28,235 nucleotides of DNA from contig NC_057718.1 in assembly GCF_004010195.1 (NCBI RefSeq), positions 19,796,815 to 19,825,049 on the forward strand, read 5' to 3'. This document shows positions 10,513 to 22,000 of the stretch, piece by piece. Position numbers and translations under genes: made by a program. The notes under the pieces are model-generated. The model had not been told where the DNA came from, searched no databases, and saw nothing but the letters and a program-made list of their open reading frames with translations. Each line of letters opens with the position of its first letter. The stretch's first letter is position 1. This DNA is from Chiloscyllium plagiosum. Its lineage: Eukaryota.

Positions 10513-11159
10513 ACATGAATTCCCTGGACTTGTTTAGCTAGGATATGGTGGAAAGATCTAGAATGAAATATTACGACAAACTGAGAGGTTGAAACTAAAA
10601 TTAAAGAAAATCGCACAGCCGTAAATGACAAAAAGCACTTTTACAATTACAAATCTGCTTTGGAACCCAGGATTGTGAACGAAAGGGAGTAAAGTCATAG
10701 GCTTTGCTTCCCTCTATAGTCATAGAATAATTTGTAGGGAAAGGAAAAAAAGCTTTTTATCCAAAAAATCTTTACAGCAATAAAGTGTGTCAGCTAAGTG
10801 GCCTTTAGAAACTGGGAATGTGACCTATTGTTAGGGTGAGGAAAGATGAAATTAAATGAACATTTTACACAAAAGGGATGATGGAGCTACCCTAAAAGCT
10901 CAATAGATCAACGCATTATTGAATGCACTACCAAGATTGCAAATCTAGAAGCCCTCAGATCTGATATCAGGTCCACCTTAATCTTGACCAATATGCTTTA
11001 GGGAGCATTTTAATTAACTTAGCAGGTTGAGATGTAATCAATTTATCATCACATTGTAAATATTAATGGAACCAATGGTCAGGCTCAGGACAGTGAGAGG
11101 ATTGGGCTTAGATCTGATACTCTCGCCTGCATTGACTGGTTTTACAGAAGAAGAACAGA

Positions 11160-11361
11160 GGGAAAAGTGAGGACTGCAGATGCTGGAGATCAGAGTCGAA
11201 GAGTGTAGTGCTGGAAAAGCACAGCCAGTCAGGCAGCATCTGAGGAGCAGGTGAATCGCCGTTGAGGAAAAGCTCTTCATTATCCCTGCCTGATGAAGAT
11301 CCTATGCTCGAAACGTCGATTTTCCTGCCCCTCGGATGCTGCCTGACCGGCTGTGCTTTTC
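11160..11361. mobile_element. Palindromic family A element; plus-strand hammerhead core retained
   Basis: Inverted arms around about 11281-11289; ctgatga a gatc ctat gctc gaaa cg tc gatt at 11290-11321; imperfect TSD cagaagaagaacaga (11145-11159) / cagatgaaaaacaga (11362-11376). Confidence 0.85.
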
Positions 11362-13183
11362 CAGATGAAAAACAGATCCTTGGGTGGGCTATTGGAAGCC
11401 TATCAGCTTCTGTGTAACTGCAGTGCCTAGCGAGGCATTTGAGTAGGGAGACTCTAACAGATATTGACATTTTCTGTCAGTTGACACAGGAAAACATCAG
11501 GAAACCATTTCATTTTAACAGAAATGACATGCCAATGTCAACAAATACAGTAAACCCAGTGACTACATGGTCACAACCCTGAAACCCTCCTCTAAGAATC
11601 TGGAAACTTCAATTTGAAATCATAGAGACATATTAAAACATTGCCATTCAAGACAACATACAAAAATTGAAGATGATCACAGAGAAATTGTTCTTACTGA
11701 TGGTCAACAACTGGTGCAATTGCTGAAGGCTGAAAACATCTACTGGGATGTATATGAAAGGCCTGTAATACAACCATTGATAGATTCCACACATTGAGAC
11801 CTACAAATCAAACCTTGCACAAGCCGGGAAAAGAGATATTCCAGAAATACTATGCATCTCGACAGATTGAAATAGTACTTAGTGTATTTATGGCATTTGG
11901 CACTGACAATGAAATATGAATCACAGATTAAAGTGAACTCTGTTTAACTGTCTCTGGGCATCAATAAATCCAAGTTAATTTTGAAATATAACTAACTGTC
12001 CCTTACATAAGAGCTACAGCATAGTCAAATATTTTGAAAATGAGATATGAAGTTATCTGCAGCCTGCATTCTAACATGCCAACTTAAAAATGCAAAGTTA
12101 CAGGAAATGCAAAAAAAGTGAAGGAAATGACAAAAAAACACAATACATGTGGATTGCTCAGTCAATAGCAACTTAACATGTGTATAATTATTCTGTGGTG
12201 AGATAACGTCATATTTTACCAATTACGATAATTATCCCATACAATGGGAAAGTATTATGGTACATAAACTTTTGCACAAAATTAAAAATTAATTTCAACA
12301 ATTCTTTTGTCACCAGCTGTTTTTACTTGTCAAAAAATAACTCTGACAGCAGACTTGGGTCTTTTTTAATAAAATGCTAACTTGCTGTTTGCTAAAGGTG
12401 TGATCCTGCATCCAATTAATGTACAGTTATGCATGGAAGAAAGGTACATGCTTATCCAATGCTGCAGCTCATTGGACAAAGATAATAGTACACTTTAACA
12501 GTATCAATATGAACCACCCTCCAAATGTCACACAAAGGGAAGCACCAAAATACATGGACACGAATGATGCACAATCTGTAGTGAAACTGCCCATATCAGG
12601 CAAAGCAATAGCAGGGAATAGGTGTAGAGTTAGCAAATTTCTCCCAATCATTATCTAACAACTCAAGTTAGTGGATGTGCAGGGAAGGTAAGATCAGCCT
12701 GCATCATGGACAAGTAACCCTCTAAACACTGATTCAGAATCAAGGTCACTCAGTAGCATCTTCCACTCACTGATCACAAGACTGGAGCGGGAAGGGCATG
12801 TAAATAGGTGTGAATCAAAATCTCACTACCTTCCCGTCTCTTGTCCTGTGAATTAACGTCCTTAAGTGGTAAATTAATGACGACTAATTTCACCCCTGTT
12901 CACCCTCATCTCACCCTTGCTGGTATTAACCCAGCCTAGGTAGATGTGCTGCCCGCATCTAACACTTTGGAGCCAGATTGCTACCTCTGTTTGGGTGGTC
13001 TGGAGGGGATCCTGGATCAAAGGCACTTAGCAACTAGTCACGGGACAGCACGTCATGGGGTGCCTCTGAGAGGGGCCTTACTCTTGACTTTGCTGCTAGC
13101 CCACCCTATATCGCTTCACTGCAGGAAAACCACCCATGGCTTGGGTCAGTCCATGATCCAGGGATTTCCGTGCCTGCCCTTCT

Positions 13184-13236
13184 GACAGCAGGCTCAAGGG
13201 GCTGACTGCCTGCTCCTGCTCCTACTTTCTATGCTT
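13184..13236 (+). mobile_element. Short CR1-group 3' tail remnant
   Basis: gcaggctcaaggggctgactgcctgctcctgctcctactttctatg resembles a CR1 terminal stem-loop and tail. Confidence 0.5.
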
Positions 13237-15940
13237 GTATATGGTCTACCCAGTGGTGCCGTTGAGCCAGAGGTAACCAGCTCTCAGTAGGTCAGACTTC
13301 TGCTCTGGTGGCCTTGATTCCAGGGGAAAAGTTGACCTGACTGGCTTCCAGTTCAGCAGGTCTTCCTGAAAAGACACTGTGTTGGTCTATCAAAGGCAGG
13401 CAAAATCTTTGAGGCCTTATAGGATTGGAAACCCCCTTATGGACTTTACAAAATACAAGAAAGAATCTAAAATCCCAGGGGAACAGAACTGCAAGTAAAA
13501 CACAATCTCCAAGACAAATAAATAAGGGTTACATTCAGACAGTGGCTCTACATAAGGAATTCAACAATGTCTGAGCGCTTTCATAGGTCAATGGCGCAGA
13601 AAAATGCCATTACCTGACATTGCCTAATGCAATCAAAAAACTGATCATCAAACACAGTTGTATAAAACCTAGGCATTTTACCCCAATGAGTTCCCACGTA
13701 AGTGGGGGGAATGGATAAATTGAAACCTTTATCCATCTGGATCTCGGTGCTGTTGTAATGTCATTTCCAAGCAACAAGAGAGATGCTTAGAACCACTCTG
13801 AACTTTTATTTCAATTGCAGAAGACTGCATTTTTTCAATTCTCATTCTTGACTGGACCATGTGTGAAATACACCAAGGAGGATTAGCTCTCAGATAACCT
13901 GAGCAATTGGAAAACGTTTGATATTTTTGATATGAATTACTGAAATTGAAGCAAATTGATAGCAGTCAGTCTGACCCAGACCTCCACTCAATGCTAGGGG
14001 AGAACAGCTGTGTTGGCAACTGTAAGTGTTTCATCTAAATCCAAGTGATCTTAGTCAGGAGGGGCCTGCAGTCATAAGGAGGGTCAGGAAGGGTCAACTT
14101 GAATCGTGGACCTACAGTTCTCACCAGAAAGACCAACTAAGTTTTCTGTGAGCCAAATCTGAGAGGTTTTGGGGCTGAGAGATTAAAGCAATCTAAGGGC
14201 AACAATCAAACCCAGGGAGTTTGGGTCTGAATTATGCAAGATTTGAGGACACTTGTGAGGTTTTGCCTTTGGCTTCTTGGTAAATTTTAATTTCTAATAA
14301 ATCATGGTGATTGTGTGTTTTGGTTGGAGCCTAGATTAAATTGTGGAGGGATTTAAATCAAACTAATCACTTAGACCAGGTTAGAGGCTTTGTATCACAA
14401 CATTAGGTTTACTTTAATTTAAAAAGGTTTGCGGTTGAGCCAAGCCTTGTGTCCGTGAGATTTTGTTCTCTATAAATTCATAAAATTCAGGAACCATTGG
14501 GAGTGGGTGCAGGGGTGGGGGGGAGAACAGGAGCCAATTATAGCCTCAACAAGATTTCATCTGATGACTTAGTGGCTAAGTTAGTCAATTTTCCATTTTA
14601 TTCTAAGAGAATGATGGATTCTCTTGAATTTCTACTTCATGGTCTCTGCAAGTTAGATTTCATTTAAACAGTTTCTCTCTAAAAATCTTGATTACAAATT
14701 ATCAGCCTGGATACTGGAGTCAACCGTGAAGTTCCAACCCTCAGCACTGAACCTAGAAATACTGATATGAATCTGGTGCTGAATCAAAGGAATCCCCAAA
14801 CATCAAAGCAACCGCAAATACATTAAGCAAGATAAGTGGTATCATATTAAAGAATTCTCAGACACAAGCATTGTTATCTTTCACTTTATAATATCAACTT
14901 ATTAAGTATAATGAAAATTGGGACATATATAATGTTACGGTTGAAAATAAAATGAAACTCCCACAGGCCCCACCAGCCCCTCCCCCCAAAAAAACAAAGC
15001 ATGTTGTCAATTCATAATGGAGGAGCTTAAAATTCCATCGGTATTAGTTTTCAGGACCAGAGAGGTTGCTCACAATTACTGAGAACTTAACACACCATTG
15101 AAACTCCCAGTTATATCTATTAAATAAAGTGTTGATATTTTCAAGGATTTTGTTACAGAAAAACTACAGTGTAACACAGCTCTTGTCAGTTCAATCATTT
15201 CTAATTAAAAACAGGCTAGAGGAACTTTAACAGCATATCCTGTGTAGAAGTGTAGAACTGCATTGATAGTCATTTGGATTTTCATATTTAACTATTAATG
15301 TTTGAAATCCACAAATCTGAGAGTGTGTCAGAGGAGTAATGACAACAAACATAGACAGTTTCACCCTCCATACCACAACTGTAAAATAAAGCCCTCATTT
15401 TCAGGATAGGAGGAAACAAAATTAGAAGAACAAAGTAAAAGCTGCTGCCTGATTTTTCTGGCCACTTTGGGATTTGGGCCAGGTAGGATACAGAACAGAG
15501 ACAAACATAGCATTATACTAAAGGGAAACTAAAAGAGGTAGAGTGTCTGGGCTGGGTTGTGGAATCCTTATACATCTATTTCAAATGATTTAAGCCAGGG
15601 ATGAGACAACAGCACATCAAACTTAGAAACAAATTACAAAACCAGATTTTTAAAAAACCTACAAGATTTCATTCCAAATTTTTGTGAAATACTTATTTTT
15701 GAAATACCATGGATGCAATCTCTGAAGTATCTGGCAAGGTGACATACTTCAATTCGAGACACAGGAAAACATCAATTTCCTTGTACAAGACATTGCCGAA
15801 ATTCCAATTTTAAAAAAAAAGTATTGAAATTGTCCATGTGGCTGCAACGTGAGAGATTAACAGGGGAACAATGAATAGTGTGTTGAATTACAGAAGTCAT
15901 CCTCCCTTCTTCTGAACAAGTCTCAACTATTGTACACTAA

Positions 15941-16057
15941 TGATTTGAGAAGCCGATGTTGGAATGGGGTGTCATCAGGTGAAGCAGCAGCACTCCGAAA
16001 GCTAGTACTTCTAAATAAACCTGTTGGACTATAACCTGGCGTTGTGTGATTTTTAAC
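15941..16057 (+). mobile_element. Family B pseudo-LTR derivative with most of one arm missing
   Basis: About 30 bp of inverted tail, then a decayed hammerhead (gcagcagcactcc GAAA GC TA) and the family B body; near-perfect TSD attgtacac(t/c)aa at 15929-15940 and 16058-16069. Confidence 0.75.
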
Positions 16058-16674
16058 ATTGTACACCAAAGCATTCTTGCAAGTTATTCAAACCAGGCAA
16101 TGGTCATAAGGTTACCTTCCCCATATAAAAGACATGCATCCAGAGGATTCAGGAATTCTGGATGAGAGAGAGAAAGACCAGTCATATCTGCTCACTGGAA
16201 GGGCTTGAAATGATGGTGGTAGGTCCTTTAAAAGGGAGCAATCAACTGCCAAGAACACCTGCCAAACATTCCACGAATGTTAAATGTAAACATTAACTTT
16301 ACATCTTACAGATCATCCCAATGGATTGTTATTTCACGAAGAACAATGAGGTGGATGTAGATTTGGCAGAGTAACGCTCAATTCAGCCCAATGGAACATG
16401 ATGATTGCAGAGGAGCACAAACGTCTTCTGTAAGTGTATGTGGTCCAAAGGAGATACATGCAAAAACAAATCAAAGGGAAGAGGTTTGCTGGTTTGCTCT
16501 TTGAAGTAGAAAATGGTGTAAGAGCTGCAAAACAGCTCAGGTATACATCCCACGAGTTCTCCAATAACTGAGTCAGAGTTGTTTGTTAGACTGAGGCAAT
16601 GCTAACATGTATCCTGCCAAACAAAAACAAAATGCAGGTTTGGTTCATACAACTCAGTCGACTCTTGGAAACTG

Positions 16675-16804
16675 GGTCGAGATTGTAGTGCTGGAAAAAC
16701 TCAGCAGGTCAGGCAGCATCAGAGGATGCTGCCTGACCTGCTGTGCTTTTCTAGCACTACACTCTCGACTCTGAGCTCCAGTATCTGCAGTCCTCACTTT
16801 CTCT
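16675..16804. mobile_element. Palindromic family A element lacking the ribozyme
   Basis: Centre gcagcatc agag gatgctgc; perfect 15-bp TSD gactcttggaaactg at 16660-16674 and 16805-16819. Confidence 0.9.
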
Positions 16805-17670
16805 GACTCTTGGAAACTGTTGGCTAACTGGAAACATAAGAAAGATGTTAGGGAAAAGTCTTAACTGCCACAGACCATTTAATATTAAAAACAACTTAGT
16901 ACAAAGAAAACAGCCTCAAAATTTTCCTTCTTTTCAATGGAGTTGTATAAAGTATAACTTGCTGACAAGTCTACATACACTTGGCTCACAGGGAATAAAT
17001 CTCAGATTTCACTACATTCTTTGGGTTAAGAACATAGAATTATCCTCTATCAGACATCCAATTAGATCTATAACCTTCCAAAAAAGCTCTAATGTAATTC
17101 TAATCTACAAATATCCAGATGTGATGTGAAAAATAAAGCAGAACCCAATTTTATTGTTCAGAAAAGCAAGCACAATTTGAAAATTCGTGGCTGAGAAGCA
17201 CAGATGAAGGATACACACTTACTTGTTCAATTGACATTCAAGGTACAAATGGGAATTTAAATTTCAGCTCTGGGTCTATTTGGTGCAGGCAACGCACATT
17301 CCTGCACTCAGTGTGGGGCGTGATGACATTCACACAGTAAAATCAATCAAATGCCATCATTACCACAAATTCAATACAACATGAAACAGCAGCGTCAGTA
17401 ACCGATGGAAAATGTTTAATGGTGTTTAATGAGCACGGTGAGGAGGAAGGGGGAAATTTTCAACACAAATGTGAATACCACTGTCTCTTCTGGTTTGGCT
17501 CATGTTAAAGCATCACATCCAAATCTCCTTCCACTTGACCTGCACTCCACATAAGGTCCATTTTGATCCCAATGGAAAATTAACTGATGAGTCTTGTCTT
17601 TAAGGTCAGCTGAGGAGCTGATCACTGTAAATTTCTTACTAAGCAAGAGGGCAAGGGTAATAATCTAATA

Positions 17671-18213
17671 ATCAACCCCACCGCTCTATAGCTGACCACT
17701 TCAAGTCCCCCTCCCACTCCCACTCCACCAAGGACATGCAAGTCCTGGGCCTCCTCCACCACCAAATTCTAGCCACCCGACACCTGGAGGAAAAATGCCT
17801 CATCTTCCACCTTGGGACTCTCCAACCACACAGCATCAACGTCGATTTCACCAGATTCCTCATCTCCCCTCCCTCCAACTCATCCCAGATCCAACCCTCC
17901 AACTCAGCACCACCCTCTTGAACTGTCCTACCTGCCCATCTTCCTTCCTATCTATCCACTCCACCCTCCGCTCTGACCTATCACAATCAGGTCCCCCAAC
18001 CGCATCTACCTGTCACTTTCCCAAGCTACCTCCCCCCCAAGCACCATCCCTTTCCTATTTATCTCTCAGCCCCTTTCCCTGCGCCCCATTCCTGAGGAAG
18101 GGCTACAAACATTGATTTTCCTGCTCCTCGGATGCTGCCTGACCTGCTGTGCTTTTCCAGCGCCACACTTTTTTTAACGCTGATCTCCAGCATCTACAAT
18201 CCTCACTTTCTCC
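17671..18213 (+). mobile_element. 5'-truncated Penelope-like element (Neptune-like): GIY-YIG C-terminus, C-rich UTR and family A terminus
   Basis: Peptide ADHFKSPSHSH..DMQVLGLLH..LEEKCLIFHLGTLQPHSINVDF; 13-bp TSD taataatctaata at 17658-17670 and 18214-18226; deleted hammerhead at about 18092. Confidence 0.85.
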
Positions 18214-19099
18214 TAATAATCTAATACCCCAAAGTTTACTTGCACAAAATGCAATTCTCTTGAAAAAGCTTTCTTGTTTAGATAAGTGCAGTATTCTTTC
18301 TTGAGAATACAATGCCCAATGCAACAACACTGCCCTTTTGAAAATTAAGTAAACAGAACAAAGATTTGTTTGAAATTTTGTTAGCACAGAGATTTCACAT
18401 TCTCTGTTCCCTCACCCAAATGCAATAAAACAAAATTGACTCATCCCTTTTTAAGGATCAGTGGGAGGGTTGTCTCCCACAACCAATATGTCTCATACTG
18501 AAAACCATGATGTCATGGCATTTAATCTATGAATTGGTTCTCACAGTGTAGAATTAACTTGTTCTTAACATTTCATCACCTCAAGTCCCTGTTATTAAAC
18601 AACATGTTTTCTCTATGCATGCTTATAATAACTGACAAGTTGATGAGAGTGATGCAGGAAATGAGAATTTCATTAAAGCCTGAAAGGACACCAGAGCTTC
18701 AAGTAGGCTGTTCAGAAAGCAGGAGGGGGCTCAAGTTTCCATGGAAATTAAATCAACATTTTACAAATAGTTACAAAAATAAAAGCACAAAATGACTTCA
18801 TTATATTCACTATTTCAATTCAACAAGCATCATGGAGGGGAGAAAGTAATTTTAGGAAATTAATTTCTTACAAGTACAAAGTTAACTTTCTGTTGGTTTA
18901 AAATCTGGGCTGCAACTGCTTTCTGTTTCCATATTTTTCAAAATCCCAGTTATAACCTTTCGCTTTTCCTTTTCTATCCTTCTCTTCGCTCTAATTTTTC
19001 TCTGCCAAAACTACTGACTCTTTAATGGATGCATTTTCGCAAATATTAGTCATGCTGTGATACCTCGGCACATGTAGCTGTTATTCATGTGGACCTGGC

Positions 19100-19660
19100 A
19101 ATGACAGCCACCAGACTATTCAACTACATGTGTCTGATCTATTTCATGCACCTCTGTTTTTACTCTTTTCCTTCCCTCTTAGCACTACGATGGGCAGCTG
19201 AGGGATCGGAGCTTTGTGCACTCTCTGTGATAATCTTAGCCTCATTTCTGCATGTCCCCAGTGAATTGTCTCATGTGTGTTGGGTGTGACTGAATAAACC
19301 TTCTCTATTTTGGTCAGTCACAAGTCTGAGGTCTCTATGAGCCAGTTAGACCTCTTTTGGGATGTTTTGCAGACATCACTCAAAGGTTTTCACGGTTCTT
19401 CTGGCTTCTGCTGTGATTGAGTTCCAAATAGAATTGTTATTTCAGGAGTCAGGTGTACAAACAGCATATCCTACCCAGCAGGAGTGGTTTTGAGTGATCA
19501 TGAATATAATCAAGGATGGATACAAAAGCAAGTTCAGATAATCACAATTGAGTCTCCTTGTGGTCTGCCACAGGGAAACTATTGCAAGGATGCTCCTCAA
19601 ATTCCTTTTCCCAGTAGCTGAAGAGTTCTTGAGAAAATTGTGTTGCAGTTTCACTCAGCA
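19100..19660 (-). mobile_element. Heavily decayed RTE-clade LINE 3' fragment
   Basis: Broken minus-strand frames give RNLRSILAI..W, CWVGYAVCTPD, LLK*QFYLELNHSR, DVCKTSQKRSN and CD*PK*RRFI, collinear with an RTE ORF C-terminus; boundaries approximate. Confidence 0.65.
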
Positions 19661-19769
19661 AGGCACGACAAACGTGAGATTCAATAAAAGTGCAAGCTCC
19701 AAACTTTATACATTTGTTTCTTTTCACCCCTCAAAAATCTGTAGCTGTCAATCAAAAAGATTGATCAAC

Positions 19770-19930
19770 ATTCTCTTCCCCCCATCCAAGACCTCAAACA
19801 CTCCAAGTGGAATAGCAATCTATATGTACCTGCTTCAATTTAATATACTGTATTCACTTCTCAGAATGTCATCTCCTCTACACCGGAGAAACCAAATGTA
19901 GATTGGTAACTTCTGTGCAGGACATTTTCA
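19770..19930 (+). mobile_element. Old PLE GIY-YIG endonuclease fragment
   Basis: From 19825 it translates as CTCFNLIYCIHFSECHLLYTGETKCRL, matching the PLE pattern C..NLVYCI.C..C.LLYIGETKR. Confidence 0.75.
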
Positions 19931-20879
19931 AAGACAAAGTATTGTTCCTTGTGAAGCAAACCAAAAACAGAAAGATCAGCAAAGGAGAATTTAAAAATCC
20001 TGGTCATTGTTTATAAATCTCTCCATAGTCTCACGTTGAAACTTTGTCCATGTCCTACTACTCGCATTTTCATCAGGGAGAGACATTATACTGGAAGTGG
20101 TTATTTATAATGTTTTTAACAGCAGAAGTGGGGGGTTTAAACTGAAAAATCATTGATAATGAGCTAGCTATCACATTGTTACCCCATAGACTATAGTCAA
20201 ATTTGTTGATCTGTCTAAGCAACAGAAAACACACCATGCATATTCACTGGAAAATCTTGAATCCCTGTCCATGTGTGTTCATATTAGACAGTTAAAAAAT
20301 TGAGGGTCAGAGACACGGAGCCAGGCTCTGAGAAATATCCTATTTTGTTTAAAGCCAATCAAGATGACCCACAATAGTGGGGCAGGTAGCACTGTCAATA
20401 TATTTGTAACAATGCAAGTTTAGTTACTATATTGATATAAATAACTGAATCCGTTAACAATTCCTTCTGTATGTTCACATACTCAATGAATTGTACTTGA
20501 TATTGTCTCCTGAGGCCCCCAATCCACCTTCAGAGTTTGAAAAAGTGCACTAATAAATAATCTGTTCAAATCACAAGGAGGTACTGTTGTTTCACCCCAG
20601 GGTTATGCTATCATTCCATGTGAATGGAACAAAGTAAAAATATGATGCTCAGACTACTTACGTGAATGACTGATACCAATGAACCCCATAAGGTATATAT
20701 AATAGATCCAAGTTTGCAAGGTATCATTTACAGGAAAAACTACATGAGGAAAACGTTAATGGCAAGACAATAAAAATGTATATTGCTAAAGAAGTTAATA
20801 TTTCACAATTTCCTTTCTGTCAGTAATGGAGCCCTCCCAAAATTAACTTTCTACCCGAGGTAAAAATTGCTCAGTTTAC

Positions 20880-21240
20880 TTTTGTCAATTTTCATCCCTC
20901 CTTATCTCCTGAAGACATATGCAGTTATACCACATGGTCGAGTGTTCAGCTGAGTGATACCTCATGGTACCTCCTCCAACTGAAATTCTTAGCTTCAGGA
21001 AATTCCACTGATGTGAATCCAATCTCTTCTCCATCAATGACCATAGACAACCAAAGGCAATGAATGGTCATCAGAAGCAGTGGCCTGGATTAGTTCCTCT
21101 CCGTAGTCCAAATGCTTAAGTGCAATGCCATGTGCCTTATGACTGCCTCAGCTCAGATTAGTTAAAACAGCTCAAAAATCAAATCAGACTTTCTATTTAG
21201 CTTGGACAGAGATTACCTTTGTCAACTGAATCACTGCTTT
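20880..21240 (-). mobile_element. Ancient SINE remnant (LF-SINE-like?)
   Basis: ctgcctcagctcagattagttaaaacagc and flanks resemble a remembered shark SINE; very diverged. Confidence 0.35.
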
Positions 21241-21656
21241 GGAATAAACGTTCATTGCAACAGTTACTCCAACAAATAATTTGATAACTTAAGAACAGCA
21301 ATGGATTGGCAATGCACCAATACTTAGGCAGAGGAACATCCTTTCATCTTTCCGACTGCCCAAATGGGTAGCCCCAATATTTTGACTGCAACATTAGAGG
21401 AAAGTCATGTGCAAGAAAAAGGAACTATTCTGCACAGGGATAAAAAGTAGAGAGAGCAGGCACTCAAAAGTTGAGACACTGGGAAATATGTGAGCTATTT
21501 ATCCATCAGGCCCCTAATTTCTATAAACGCTCCACCATATTCGATAACTAAGAGCAAATGAAAATCATTTTCTCCCAAGAAAGCAAAATGCGATAACTTA
21601 AGAATGCAGCTTATATGTAGAGTTATGAAAAACTGGGGCTGAAATTTGTAAGGCGT

Positions 21657-22000
21657 AAGTGAGGACTGCAGATGCTGGAGATTAGAGTCGAGAGTGTGGT
21701 GCTGGAAAAGCACAGTAGGTCAGGCAGCATCCAAGCAGCAAGAGAATCGACATTTCAGGCAAAAGCCCTTCATCAGGAATGAGGCTGGGAGCCTAGGTGG
21801 AGAGATAAATAGGAGGGGGGTGGTGCTGGGGGGACGGTAGCTGAGAGTGCAATAGGTGGATGGAGGTGGGGGTAAAGGTGATAGGTCAGAAGAGAAGGTG
21901 GAGTGGATAAGTGGGAAGGAAGATGGACAGGTAGAACAGGTCATGACGGCGGTGCCAAGTTATAAGGTTGGATCTGCAATAAGGTGGGGAGTGGAGAAAT
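21657..22000 (-). mobile_element. Family A/Neptune-like PLE 3' fragment with near-intact hammerhead
   Basis: Reverse complement of about 17865-18210. Minus strand 21780 to 21745 reads AUUC CUGAUGA A GGGC UUUU GCCU GAAA UG UC GAUU. No clear TSD. Confidence 0.85.

Noticed and set aside
10323..11470. ORFs with repeated peptides such as RFSCSLDAA and QMLPD
   Set aside because: Translations of the non-coding family A terminus
12840..13440. GC-richer block with ORF 12946..13185
   Set aside because: Probably an old unclassified repeat; no domain, termini or splice pattern I can support
7921..21780. Recurrent similar repeats as a CRISPR array or DNA-transposon MITEs
   Set aside because: Eukaryotic and dispersed with no spacers. 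Variable 12-15 bp TSDs, asymmetric arms and linkage to a GIY-YIG ORF indicate PLE retro-insertions.
21785..21995. G-rich tract with G-quadruplex potential
   Set aside because: It is the antisense of the C-rich PLE 3' UTR, already explained by the element
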